A program made the position numbers and the translations under genes. A DNA stretch of 63,425 nt, counting the filler, from Octopus bimaculoides (lineage: Eukaryota): the NCBI RefSeq assembly GCF_001194135.2. It is 5 parts of 4 records of this genome, joined end to end, with 100 filler letters (N's around TTAATTAATTAA, not from the genome) between each part and the next. Parts side by side here need not be neighbours in the genome. Positions count along the whole stretch, not along the records: positions 13,376 to 40,023 come from NC_068985.1; positions 40,124 to 48,356 come from NC_068982.1; positions 48,457 to 59,354 come from NC_069000.1; 2 more parts are not named here. One strand, given 5' to 3'. Numbering within the stretch: position 1 is the stretch's first letter; every line of letters starts with the position of its first letter. Positions 39,307 to 52,215 of the stretch are shown here, piece after piece. The notes under the pieces are model-generated. The model was not told the origin of the DNA. It searched no databases and was given only the letters and a program-made list of their open reading frames with translations.

Positions 39307-40689
39307 AACCTACAGTGACATTTGGAATCGAGTTCTAAACTGAATATTGCTTGTATTACTGTTATGTTATTTTCTACGGTTTTCCTTGCATATATTTGTA
39401 TTTATTGATTTTAACTTTGAGCACCAGTAATGATTCTTCCCTTTTCCAGCCGACTTAATAAAGTCACTGTTGTGTAGAGAGAGGCTACATGTCAAGCAAC
39501 ATACTGGCTAAATATGTTCTATGCGTTACAATAACATTAATTTACAAATATATTTTACAAATCTAGTATTACATTTAATGTGTCAATTCATGTGGTTTGT
39601 GAATGGCTTTGTGACTTTTGGTGATATTTTCAAGTCAGTGATAAGCAAGTGATATCATCTATACACAACAATGAAAGGTTATTACAACAAGTGCGATGAA
39701 TATAAAATTGTTTTTTTTTACGAAATATTACATGTTAAAAATGTGCTGAAAGCAATGTGGCAGTACGTGGATATTTCTTCGACGATATCACCAAAATAAA
39801 ATGGTTTTCTTATACATAACTATACTTTTTTCGGCAACCATAAAACGCCCTTACTGATATTTGAAATCCACGTATGTATGTATATATTATATATATGTGT
39901 GTGTCTGTGGGTGTGTTTGTGTGTTTGTGTGTGTTTGTGTGTTTGTGTGTGTTTGTGTTTGTGTGTGCGTGTGTGTGTGTGTCTTTGTGTGTCTATGTAC
40001 ACATATGTGTATATATATATATANNNNNNNNNNNNNNNNNNNNNNNNNNNNNNNNNNNNNNNNNNNNTTAATTAATTAANNNNNNNNNNNNNNNNNNNNN
40101 NNNNNNNNNNNNNNNNNNNNNNNATATATATTCTATAATTATAAACCTAATTATAATTAGGGGTTAGCTAATTGCTTCACCAAATGCCGAATTTAGAAAT
40201 AGGAGTTAAAAATTCCTTTTCTACTACCGTAAGAATCTCCCAGACAGTAACACACATTTTTACGTAAAAAAAGGCGATTAAAATACGTAGAGCAATAATA
40301 CCACCACGACCACCATCACCACTACGACCACCAGCACCACCGCCACCACCAGCACCACCGCCGCCGCCGACACCACCACCACCGCCACAACTGCAACTAC
40401 AATAACAGCACCACTACAAACAATATAAAACAGTTACTGGAGGAGAAGCCAACACAAAAGTTGTTGCGATGGACAAGATTACACCATGTTCCTCGCTCGT
40501 TTCCGTCACTTGATATCTTTTGGCCGATCATGTTTGAAAGCTTTCCTCCACCATATTCTTGTTGTTATTGTTACGATTGTAATTATAAGAGGGATGTCGG
40601 TGGTAGCGAGCGAGTATTTACTTACACTATCCTAGAATTCTGAGTTCAGATTCCAGCTATGCTGGTTATTCCTTATGTCAACTGACCAG

Positions 40690-41030
40690 ACAAATAAATA
40701 GAAAAAGTACCAGGCTTAACAGAAAAAGGAAGTACAGAGGTCGATTCATTTGATTAAGAGGGTTTCGAGGCTGTGCTCCAGCATGGCCGCAGTCTAATGA
40801 CTGAAACAAGTGAAAGATAAAAAAAATGCTCTAGGTACAAGGCCTGAAATTTTAGGAGGAGGGGGTCCAGTCGATTAGATTGACCCCAGTACGTAACTGG
40901 TACTTAATTTATCGACCCTGAAAGGCAAAGTCGACCTCGGCGGAATTTGAACACAGAACGTAAAGGCAGACGAAATACCGCTAAGAATTTTCGCCCGGCG
41001 TGCTAACGTTTCTGCCAGCTCGCCGCCTTA
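40690..41030. mobile_element. Tail-to-tail pair: family B 3' module (+, about 40690-40825) and family A SINE (-, about 40830-41030)
   Basis: gctccagcatggccgcagtctaatgactgaaacaagtg followed directly by ggtacaaggcctgaaatt...gtcgacctcggcggaatttgaacacagaac...gctaacgtttctgccagctcgccgcc. Confidence 0.75.
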
Positions 41031-41844
41031 GGAACGATAAAATATTACAACAACGAAAAGCCACTGATAATAAACAATCAATATATTATTATACTTTTAC
41101 CAAACTTTACTAATCACCATATTTCTCACATACAACCCTTTCAACAAGCCGCTATAACATAACAATCTAATTTTCTAACAGTATTCATTATTTTGTTTTT
41201 CAAAATATGAAATTATTTTAAACAAAATATTTTCAAGAATACTGAAAGACTTCATTTTATTCAAAACAGAATCGTTTTTGTCTGGCATTGTAATCTTCAA
41301 CAAATTTTCCTCTCTTAAACTCCCATAAACCTCATATCAAAGTTTAAAATGGCGGTCATACCGATTGTTCGCTCGACGCATGTATAACTTCTGTTGGTTC
41401 TCTTTCAATGTAGTCTGTTCAGTTAACAACAGGTCTACTATCCAAGCTCTTCACATTGATGTCATTAGGTTCCCTATTGCGAGCGATATTATTTATATTT
41501 CAAAACAAATCTACTGCCAATTCGGCGCCACCGCGAACTTACATACGTATGTATGTATGCATGCATGTATAAACTTATGTATGTATGTATGTATGTATGT
41601 ATGTATGTATGCATGTATGTATGCATGCATGTTTAAAATTATGCATGTATGTAAGTAGGTATGTATGCATATAAAATTGTGAGTTTGGTTACTTTCTTTC
41701 CCTGATGAGAAGATTACTTTGTTTTACATCAATTTACTCCTTCTGGAATAATACCAATATTGTCTTCGAAACATATGTCGGAAGTAAAAGAATTTGAATA
41801 ACACCTGCATTTAATTCCATTTAAATATCTATATACATATATAT

Positions 41845-41885
<41 letters not shown>

Positions 41886-42617
41886 NNNNNNNNNNNNNNN
41901 NNNNNNNNNNNNNNNNNNNNNNNNNNNNNNNNNNNNNNNNNNNNNNNNNNNNNNNNNNNNNNNNNNNNNNNNNNNNNNNNNNNNNNNNNNNNNNNNNNNN
42001 NNNNNNNNNNNNNNNNNNNNNNNNNNNNNNNNNNNNNNNNNNNNNNNNNNNNNNNNNNNNNNNNNNNNNNNNNNNNNNNNNNNNNNNNNNNNNNNNNNNN
42101 NNNNNNNNNNNNNNNNNNNNNNNNNNNNNNNNNNNNNNNNNNNNNNNNNNNNNNNNNNNNNNNNNNNNNNNNNNNNNNNNNNNNNNNNNNNNNNNNNNNN
42201 NNNNNNNNNNNNNNNNNNNNNNNNNNNNNNNNNNNNNNNNNNNNNNNNNNNNNNNNNNNNNNNNNNNNNNNNNNNNNNNNNNNNNNNNNNNNNNNNNNNN
42301 NNNNNNNNNNNNNNNNNNNNNNNNNNNNNNNNNNNNNNNNNNNNNNNNNNNNNNNNNNNNNNNNNNNNNNNNNNNNNNNNNNNNNNNNNNNNNNNNNNNN
42401 NNNNNNNNNNNNNNNNNNNNNNNNNNNNNNNNNNNNNNNNNNNNNNNNNNNNNNNNNNNNNNNNNNNNNNNNNNNNNNNNNNNNNNNNNNNNNNNNNNNN
42501 NNNNNNNNNNNNNNNNNNNNNNNNNNNNNNNNNNNNNNNNNNNNNNNNNNNNNNNNNNNNNNNNNNNNNNNNNATATATATATATATATATATAGGTATG
42601 TATGTATGTGTGTATGC

Positions 42618-42662
<45 letters not shown>

Positions 42663-42699
42663 CATAGATGCATACACACACACATATATATAAAGAGAG

Positions 42700-42962
42700 A
42701 GTGGGTTGCTGCGGATCCTCGTGGATGAGCTCATTCAGTCGATCCTCCTTGAACTGAACAAGTTGACCGGAAAGTGGAGAGTCTGTGAGATCGAATTTCC
42801 CCTCCTTGAAGCGTGAAAACCATTTCTGTACAGTTCTTTCAGTAATGGCGTTTTCTCCGTACACAGCACAAAAGACTCAAACCGCTTCGGCAGATTTGTA
42901 ATCTTGATTGAAAGTGAAAAGAAGCGGTTGTCGAAAATGTCTTTTCTTTTTGGCACTCCATC
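42700..42962 (-). mobile_element. Mariner transposase N-terminal fragment
   Basis: HFRQPLLF.FNQ..KSAEA...YGENAITERTVQKWFSRFKEGKFDLTDSPLSGQ...EDRLNELIHEDP, the mariner HTH region, truncated at a microsatellite and gap. Confidence 0.8.
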
Positions 42963-43693
42963 GTAATATATCTAAAAAGTGATAAAATTTATTCAATTTT
43001 CAAAAACGATAAACAAAACTTGTAGAGGAAGAACAGGAGCGCAAAAAGCCCCCATAAAACTCTACGATAAAAATATTTTTCGTGTTAATTCACAAAACAT
43101 TGGAAGGGAATAAAATTATCTGACAAGTCAATATTTCATCGTATTCTAAAACGAGTGGAAACTTCTTTGGAAAGCAGTAATCTATTTACGATTCAATGGA
43201 GAAAACTTTAACTCGGCCCCTAAACCTTCAAGAAATAGAGTAGAGTAGTTAATTATCTGGTGCTTATTTGGTAAAAAAAAAAACCCAGAAAACAAAACAA
43301 AAAACAACACTATAGAGTCCAAGAAACAATAACAGGAGCCACCATTAAACGTACTCGTTTCACACCCGGTTGGTTTCACAAAACAAATCTCACTAAAAAA
43401 ACAACAGCGCAACACGATTTCTTCAACCTTTTCACCCTCACAATGTATATGTCTTCAATATAATATGGAAAAGTCTTTGTAGAGTTTGTTAGATCGAAAG
43501 ATAGAGCATTCAGACGGCATCTGAGACCGGCTCAAAGAAACAGTCTTATCGTAAGCAATGAATATATTACTTCACGACTTCTAATATACTTACAGATTAT
43601 CTCCAGATATTTTACTTCACAAACTATCGCTGCTGACCGCTTATGTATTTTTGTAAGGAATCCAATGATTTCTCCAGTTTCATTAATGTTTAT

Positions 43694-43736
<43 letters not shown>

Positions 43737-43919
43737 TGTGCTTGTATGTTTCTTTATATGTATATTTGTGTATATGATTGTGAGCACCCACTCATGTGTA
43801 CGTGTATATGTGTATGCGTGTGTACATATCCATATACATATATGCATGCAAACAGACGCATATGATAACTAAAGCTAGTAAAATACTTAAAGGTGTACAC
43901 TCACGCACGCAAACATATT

Positions 43920-44315
43920 GGCGCATGCGTGGATGTATGGTAAGAAGTTGGCTTCATGACCACATTGTTCCGGGTTCATCCCCCCTGCGTAACACCTTGG
44001 ACAGGCATCTACTATAGTCTCGGACCAACCGAAGCCTTATGAGTAGATTTGGTAGACGGAAACTGAAAGAAGCCCGTCGTGAAAATGTGTGTGTGTGTCA
44101 GCGTGTCTTTGTGTCTGTGTTAACCTCTACTACTTGACAACTGGTGTTGCTGTGTTGAAAACCCCGTAACCTAGCGCTTCGGTAAAAAGAGAATGATGTA
44201 ATGTGTATTAGGCTTACAATAATACTGAGGCTGATTAATTCGACTAAAATTCTTCAAGGCGGTGCCCCAGCACGACCACAGTCTAATGACTGGAAAAGTA
44301 AAAGAATAAAAGAAT
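43920..44315 (+). mobile_element. Full-length SINE family B directly upstream of the RPL31 retrocopy
   Basis: Head ggcgcatgcgtggatgtatggtaag, V-like segment, 3' module. Confidence 0.8.
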
Positions 44316-44422
44316 ATCCAAAACACAGATACATATACACACACACACACACACTCACAGACACACACACACACACGCATACACACACACACATACATAC
44401 ACACGCACGCGCACACACACAT

Positions 44423-44796
44423 ACGCCATCTTTGGCGAAGCAGAAGTTTGAGAGGAAGAAGTCTTCTATGAATGATGTTATTACTCAGGAATGTACCATT
44501 CATCTACACAAGAAAGTCTATGGCGTGAAGCTGAAGAAAAAGTCACCAAAAACCATAAGAAAGATCAAGTTGTTCGCTGAAAAGATGATGCGAACCAAGG
44601 ACATTCGTATTGACACAAAACTGAAGAAACACATTTGGTCTAAAGGCATCTGACATGTACCTTTCCGCGTTCGTGTTAAGCTTTCTCGCCGACGTATGAA
44701 GATGAAGGTTCACCACACAAACTCTACACACTTGTCTCTCATGTTCCATGTGCTTCTTTCAAAGGTCTTCAGACAATGAATGTAGAGAATGAATGA
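44423..44796 (+). pseudogene. RPL31: Processed (intronless) pseudogene of 60S ribosomal protein L31 (eL31)
   Basis: Translates ...[78 protein letters not shown], then after a 1-nt deletion near 44696 (E)[31 protein letters not shown]. This is colinear with full-length eL31. Probable start reads ACG, premature TGA at 44651-44653, no introns. Confidence 0.93.
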
Positions 44797-45674
44797 AGAA
44801 CTTTTTTCTCCATCCGTGTTAACGAACACGTGGCTCTCAATTTCCCCTATTGGCCTTATAAACCAATTTGGCTTCGTTTAACATCACTAAGGGAAATAGA
44901 CACACCTGTGAATAATAATAATTTTCTTTTTCAGTCACATGTTATATATAAATGAAAGCTCGTTAAAGACTATCTTGTTTAGCATGCTAGAAATAGCAGC
45001 AATCACATAGTTATTATGGTAAGACTTATAGCGTTCCAAGTAGCCATACCAACAAAATCACTTCTTCATTAAAAAAACAAAAAATTATACCGGTATATTA
45101 AAGAATTTTCATTTTATCAAAAATATTCATTCAGCAAAATCCGGAAACTGATAATATTCTTGAAATTGTGCCTCGTATCAAAGTTATATAGCTTTTATTA
45201 AATGAGAGAATGAGAGACTGTTGCAAATAAGAAACGTAAAATGTTGCCTGCAGCGAATTAATAGTGTTTATTATTAAACATTAAAATCTACTCCGCAGTG
45301 AATGCAATGAATATTTAAATTTATGAAGAACTGAACGCAGTGAATGCAATGAATATTTAAATTTGCGAGGATTTGGAGTTAAAAAATTCAATAAACTTCA
45401 GAAATCGAAATGATAGGCAATTTCTGAGAACATGAATTTGTAAAAATATTTCCTGACGGTCAGGCGTTTAAGAATTGCTTTCTTTTAGTACTCTTGGTAA
45501 TTGTTAGACAACTAATTAATAAACAGCTTTCTCCATTATAGTATAGATACATACATGCATATATAGACACACTCACACAGACACACACACGCACGCACAC
45601 ACACACACATGCATATGCATACATACATTCGCAAACATATATGCATATGTATAGGTATATATTGATACACATAA

Positions 45675-45723
<49 letters not shown>

Positions 45724-46017
45724 CACATATATGTATGTATATATATAAACATATATGTATATACATATACATATATATACATGTATATATACATATATAC
45801 ACACATACATACATACATACATATATATGTATATATATANNNNNNNNNNNNNNNNNNNNNNNNNNNNNNNNNNNNNNNNNNNNNNNNNNNNNNNNNNNNN
45901 NNNNNNNNNNNNNNNNNNNNNNNNNNNNNNNNNNNNNNNNNNNNNNNNNNNNNNNNNNNNNNNNNNNNNNNNNNNNNNNNNNNNNNNNNNNNNNNNNNNN
46001 NNNNNNNNNNNNNNNNN

Positions 46018-46072
<55 letters not shown>

Positions 46073-46492
46073 ATTTTCTTGCTTCGCTCTCTACTTAGAC
46101 TCTGTAGTTATTGCAAGTTTGTTTTTAGTTTTTGTTGTTATTTAATTTCAAATGTATCTCAGCGCTTGCGAAGCTATCGTTTTTCTCTGCCCACTTCGTA
46201 ATTCAAGTACACTTGAGAAGCTGTCTAGAGTAAGTGTGTTGGAGGCGTGGGATGGGTAGGAAGAAGGAGTTTGTGAAGCGTTTGCGATACTCCGCTGTTT
46301 AACACGTGCCAAATACTGTAGAGCGTCCGTTAAACAACTTGTGCTAAAGAGTAGCTGTGTGGTGGTGGTGGTGATGGCGGTGGTGGAGGTGGCGGTGGTA
46401 GCAGCGGTTGGGCGCAGTGTATAGATGTATATAGAGTGATATATATTTGTGTGTGTGTATAAGATTGTCTATATATGCTTATATATATATAC

Positions 46493-46523
<31 letters not shown>

Positions 46524-46639
46524 TATATACATATACACATTACATTTATATAAATAAACACACATATATATGTATATATTTACTAATAGTATCATGTGTG
46601 TGTGTATGCACATACACACACACCTACATTTATTTATGT

Positions 46640-46910
46640 ATAAATAATTGACATAAGAAACTCCCTTGCTGATTGCCTCCCCGCTATCTCAGTCTAAGAC
46701 ACTCAACACCACGAGAACTGGACGGTCAAAAGTCGCTTCGGCCAGATGACGTTACGAGATTGGTCAGACACCTGTGAATGTGAAGCGGCCCACAAACTAT
46801 GGATCACTGCGTTGTCTGCCCTACTCCGACCCAATCCTTGCAGCATAAAACACTTTGCAGAGTTCAATAAAAGTGCAAAGAACTGTGTAAAGAAATCAGA
46901 AATTCTTATT
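46640..46910 (+). mobile_element. Non-LTR retrotransposon 3' end (I/Ingi-like), decayed
   Basis: Across frameshifts: TLNTTRTGRSK...DTCECEAGPQTMDHCVVCP, the LNRLRTG...CEC....QT.DH...CP C-terminal zinc-knuckle pattern. Confidence 0.5.
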
Positions 46911-47254
46911 TAGCCATTAGGCTGTAAAGAATCGAAAGCACATGATAGACACAGCTCACTTTTGCTCTCTACAATGAACTGAACTGTATTTTGTCAATGT
47001 TTGCAGCTAAGAGGTCGGGTTTAATGAAAACTGAGCATCTTTACAAGGAACACGAGGTAATGCCTACAACAAGATTCGAAACCCGGACATTTTACTACCA
47101 CTCTCTCTATAATAGGATGTTATGTAAACACGACCCACCACAGGTACAATCTCTCTCTCTCTCTCTCTCTTTCTCGCACCCTTTTCCCGTCTTTCTCTGT
47201 ATGGTCGGGCTAAATTTGACGATTTTCTGTTTCCTTTTTTCAGTAACAACTAGA

Positions 47255-47945
47255 TGTGTTGGTGGAAATGTCCACGGATAGCCTCATGAGTAACGTTGTA
47301 GTTGAGAAAAGGTTAGATGAGATGGCGGACTGGACGCCATCTGAATACTGGGAAGGAGTTACCTGTATCATGATAATTCGTGCCGGGTGTCAAAACGCCG
47401 ACATCATCGCTGCTGCTCAGTGTTCCGTGAATATTGTAAAGGCCATAAGATGTGACATGGACAGCTGCAACGGTGACTACAAATCCGTGGTCAGCAGGAT
47501 GGGACCCGGGGGTCGTTCTGGCTGAGTCCGCAGGCTATAATTAATTCCCCACACCTTTGAACAAGGTCTCAATTCAGATAGCTATGTGTAGTCAGTCCAT
47601 GGCTGGAAAGGGTTGCTCCTGCAAGGCCATATGTGTGACAGCAGGACTCGACCCCTTGCCATATCTCCGGAAAGAGCCGGAAGTGTCTGTCGGAGAACGT
47701 CTACGACTTCATCAGCTACAATTTCTGGCTTCCTAATCCCCGGTGTAATCCCATGGATTACAATGTGTGAGGCGCGGTTAAGAAAGACACGAACTGATCT
47801 GCCAGCAAACAAAAAGGCCAAACTGGTGGCCAAGGTTTAGGAGGTGATCGAAGATCTTCCCAGAAACACGGTGAAGTACGCATGCACCAGATTCAGAAAT
47901 TGTCTTGAGGTCGTGGTGGAGACTGAAAACGACTTTGAAAAAACT
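47255..47945 (+). mobile_element. Internally deleted DD37D (maT-type) element
   Basis: N-terminal MADWTPSEYW...CDMDSCNGDYKSVVSR joins almost directly to PWLERVAPARPYV*QQDSTPCHISGKSRKCLSENVYDFISYNFWLPN...NPMDYNV*GAVKKDTN. The central region containing the first catalytic Asp is missing. Confidence 0.8.
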
Positions 47946-48285
47946 GTTATCAACTGACCATAAAATAGTTGATATTTACTCTTTTTTTTACTCTTCTACT
48001 TGTTTCAGTCATTTGACTGCGGCCATGCTCGAGCACCGTCTAAAAAAAAAAATTCTTTAATACTTTATTTTTGGATGGGACATTGTGCTCCCTTTTCATT
48101 TTATGGAAACTGTCAAATTTACCTTGTACACCCTGTGTGTATGTGTGTGTGTGTATGCAGGTGTGTGTGTGTATGCGTGTGTGTGAGTGTGTGAATGTAT
48201 ATATATGTATATATATATATGTACGCATGTATATATATGTATCTATATACATATATATATATATATATACACACACACAAACACA

Positions 48286-48356
<71 letters not shown>

Positions 48357-48456
48357 NNNNNNNNNNNNNNNNNNNNNNNNNNNNNNNNNNNNNNNNNNNN
48401 TTAATTAATTAANNNNNNNNNNNNNNNNNNNNNNNNNNNNNNNNNNNNNNNNNNNN

Positions 48457-48490
<34 letters not shown>

Positions 48491-48499
48491 ATTGACCGC

Positions 48500-48680
48500 T
48501 AAATCCATAAGTTTTTTTTTATTCTCTCTCTGTTTATTTCCCCGTGTTCCTTTCTATTAAAGAGCGTAGGCTCGAAACGTAAAGGACTTTCTCACCTTCC
48601 CGAGCGTTAAACTAATACACTTGTTTGTTGTTCATACGCTTGTTTTCGTATTTTCTTTTTCTATGAATTTCAACTATATA
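48500..48680 (+). repeat. Penelope-type terminal-repeat fragment with decayed hammerhead-like motif (48548-48586)
   Basis: TCCTT t CTATTAA A GAGC gtag GCTC GAAA CG T A AAGGA. Stems I and II and GAAACGTA are intact; the CUGANGA core has three substitutions. Confidence 0.45.
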
Positions 48681-49656
48681 TATATATATATCAATAAACT
48701 GCACTATATATATATTATATATAATTAATGTTGTGGTATATATATTGTATCATATTAGCATTATTCTGCGATTGAGAATTTTAAATCACTTCTTTATCTT
48801 TCTAAAAGACATCTCAACGCTTCTATTTACGTTTGTCATAATTTGAATTTATATAATATAGTATATATATTACAGTATATATATAATTGACTATATATAT
48901 ATTTATATATATATATTCCATGATATGTACGTAATATACTATATATATCATATTATATTACATGACTGGAATACTCGCGGAGTCAATGTAAAAAATGGAG
49001 TCCTGCCCCATGACCAGAAGGGTTGCCAGGTTAAGTGCAGAGGTACCAAGGTTCAACTGTACTTAGAGACTGCAAGGGGATGAAAATCAAGCCATATTTG
49101 ATACAATATACAGCTCACGTAAATGCAATTATAACCATTTCATTAGCATATCACTGTTAAACCAAAAAAATGATTAATATTAGGGCGTAAGCCAGGAATT
49201 GAAATTAGCCAGTCAAGAATTATGATGAATGAAGAGCACAAAAACATTTAAAATGAAAGAAGCTATTTGCTAAATAAATATATGCTGAACAGATAAGCCA
49301 TATAATTTATCTTATCCTTGTGTCTGCAGAGTTAATATATCTCTTAATATCTAATGGCTCTCCAACGGTTAGTAAAACGTTTGAGCACAAATGTTCAGTA
49401 TTTTTTATGGCCATCTTCACACGGAGCTGTCATCAACACCGAGTTGATTTACAGCTGGCCTGCAATCAAATTATTTATCTACTTCGTCCCAAATCACGAT
49501 GCGTAAGTATTGACGAAATAAGCCATTGAATACGGCTGGTAAATTGAATTTATGCTGAATGATTGAGACATTAGAAACTCCTTTCGACTTCTTTATATCC
49601 CTATGTTCATATCTATAGACATACACACATGTATATATATATACATATATGTATGC

Positions 49657-49760
<104 letters not shown>

Positions 49761-50374
49761 GTGTATGTATACATTACGGTAAATGGAAGACGGAAGATGG
49801 AATATACGAGGATTTTATTAATCATGACAATTCTTTCGAGACATCTAGCATCGGTCCCTCACGGGTGGGACACTTAGCAACTGGTCCTGGTACAGATGTG
49901 TCTTATTGGGTGAGATAAATAGATATAACTCATTAAAATAACAATCCCGCAATGTATTTTCTCATTTCATAGAAAGAAAAGCAGCAAAACAAAGGATATA
50001 TCTTCATTTGTATAGAAGATCAAAAATACAATAATATATGCCCAAAAGAAACGAACACACAGTACAGCGAGACAATTATTAACCGTTAACGGATATGGAT
50101 GTGTAAACGCCCTCGCGCAAACTGCATGGCGCGCGTACACTCGCTCATAGAAGCATCCTCGAAAATGTAAGCATACGCACACGTGTGGTTTGGTATACAC
50201 ACGTTCATATAGCGAGTTAAATATCTACTTGGTGTTTATAAGAATGGGGAGTATAAAGCTAAATTTAATTCAACCATACCTTAAAGTCAATTATGTTAAC
50301 AGTTACTCAAAACTCATTCCCACTGCATTGTACGGAAGTACATTTATATGCATGCAGACATTAATGATTTTCTA

Positions 50375-50585
50375 ATGGATCCACAGACTAAGCAGGGATT
50401 CCTCGGAGCAGAGTTGGTGTCTCCTGGAAATGATATTGTATGGTTTTGCTTGCCTTACGGTGGACCAAGTTATGTTATACTTAATTTTATCTTCCTTCGG
50501 TCGACACAAATCAGCCAAAGATGTTAAATATCTCTTATTGATTCTCTTGAAGCTGGCGACATGGTTGCGATAACGATTCTTAAAT
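50375..50585 (-). mobile_element. Penelope-like element GIY-YIG endonuclease C-terminal fragment
   Basis: FKNRYRNHVASFKRINKRYLTSLA...IKYNITWSTVRQAKPYNIISRRHQLCSEES matches the PLE pattern FK.RY.NH..SF...W.I...A.PY......C.LC..EK. Confidence 0.75.
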
Positions 50586-50598
50586 GAATGAGGACTTG

Positions 50599-50940
50599 AG
50601 TCCTCATTAAAGGCCTGTGATATGCAGGAGCTCGACTGGGAGAGCAATGTCTGCAATCGGCACAGATGGAGGAAGCAGATTAAGGAGGATAGTGTCACCT
50701 TTGAGAGAACACGTATGTTTCATGAAGAATTTAAGCCAGCTGCTCGAAAGTGTTCTGCTAGTGTAGTGAATGGGGAAAGTTTGGTTTGCAATGTTTGCAG
50801 TCGTGTATACTTGTCAAGATCAGCGTTCATTAGCCACCAACGGAGCCGCAAATTCAAAATATAAGTTAGTCCTAGAGCGCACAATGTTCTTAAAGGTCAG
50901 CAATGGTATTCCTCGGTCACGAGTGGACGGCCATCATGTA
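50599..50940 (+). mobile_element. RTE/BovB-like LINE 3' end
   Basis: SSLKACDMQELDWESNVCNRHRWRKQI...LVCNVCSRVYLSRSAFISHQRS, the RTE C-terminal W...A.DR..WR and C..C.R...SRIGL.SH motifs. Confidence 0.75.
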
Positions 50941-52131
50941 TATGTATGTATGCATGTATAGAGATATTTATAGATATATATATATATATATAGATATATA
51001 TATATATAGATATATTTATATANNNNNNNNNNNNNNNNNNNNNNNNNNNNNNNNNNNNNNNNNNNNNNNNNNNNNNNNNNNNNNNNNNNNNNNNNNNNNN
51101 NNNNNNNNNNNNNNNNNNNNNNNNNNNNNNNNNNNNNNNNNNNNNNNNNNNNNNNNNNNNNNNNNNNNNNNNNNNNNNNNNNNNNNNNNNNNNNNNNNNN
51201 NNNNNNNNNNNNNNNNNNNNNNNNNNNNNNNNNNNNNNNNNNNNNNNNNNNNNNNNNNNNNNNNNNNNNNNNNNNNNNNNNNNNNNNNNNNNNNNNNNNN
51301 NNNNNNNNNNNNNNNNNNNNNNNNNNNNNNNNNNNNNNNNNNNNNNNNNNNNNNNNNNNNNNNNNNNNNNNNNNNNNNNNNNNNNNNNNNNNNNNNNNNN
51401 NNNNNNNNNNNNNNNNNNNNNNNNNNNNNNNNNNNNNNNNNNNNNNNNNNNNNNNNNNNNNNNNNNNNNNNNNNNNNNNNNNNNNNNNNNNNNNNNNNNN
51501 NNNNNNNNNNNNNNNNNNNNNNNNNNNNNNNNNNNNNNNNNNNNNNNNNNNNNNNNNNNNNNNNNNNNNNNNNNNNNNNNNNNNNNNNNNNNNNNNNNNN
51601 NNNNNNNNNNNNNNNNNNNNNNNNNNNNNNNNNNNNNNNNNNNNNNNNNNNNNNNNNNNNNNNNNNNNNNNNNNNNNNNNNNNNNNNNNNNNNNNNNNNN
51701 NNNNNNNNNNNNNNNNNNNNNNNNNNNNNNNNNNNNNNNNNNNNNNNNNNNNNNNNNNNNNNNNNNNNNNNNNNNNNNNNNNNNNNNNNNNNNNNNNNNN
51801 NNNNNNNNNNNNNNNNNNNNNNNNNNNNNNNNNNNNNNNNNNNNNNNNNNNNNNNNNNNNNNNNNNNNNNNNNNNNNNNNNNNNNNNNNNNNNNNNNNNN
51901 NNNNNNNNNNNNNNNNNNNNNNNNNNNNNNNNNNNNNNNNNNNNNNNNNNNNNNNNNNNNNNNNNNNNNNNNNNNNNNNNNNNNNNNNNATGGTGGCGGT
52001 GGTGGTGGTGGTGGTGTTGATGGTGGCGGTGGTGGTGGTGGTGGTGGTACTGTCGGTTTGTGGTATTACTGTTGGTGTTGGTGGGAGTATCGTTGCTTGC
52101 GTTATCGATGTTGTTGTTGGTGTTGTTGTTG

Positions 52132-52215
<84 letters not shown>

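Noticed and set aside
45294-45364. Possible CRISPR-like repeat-spacer unit
   Set aside because: Only two repeats, a 13-nt spacer, eukaryotic context and no cas genes.
46200-46440. CpG-richer promoter-like patches (also about 50100-50200 and 54500-54850)
   Set aside because: Composition alone, with no linked exon or TSS evidence.
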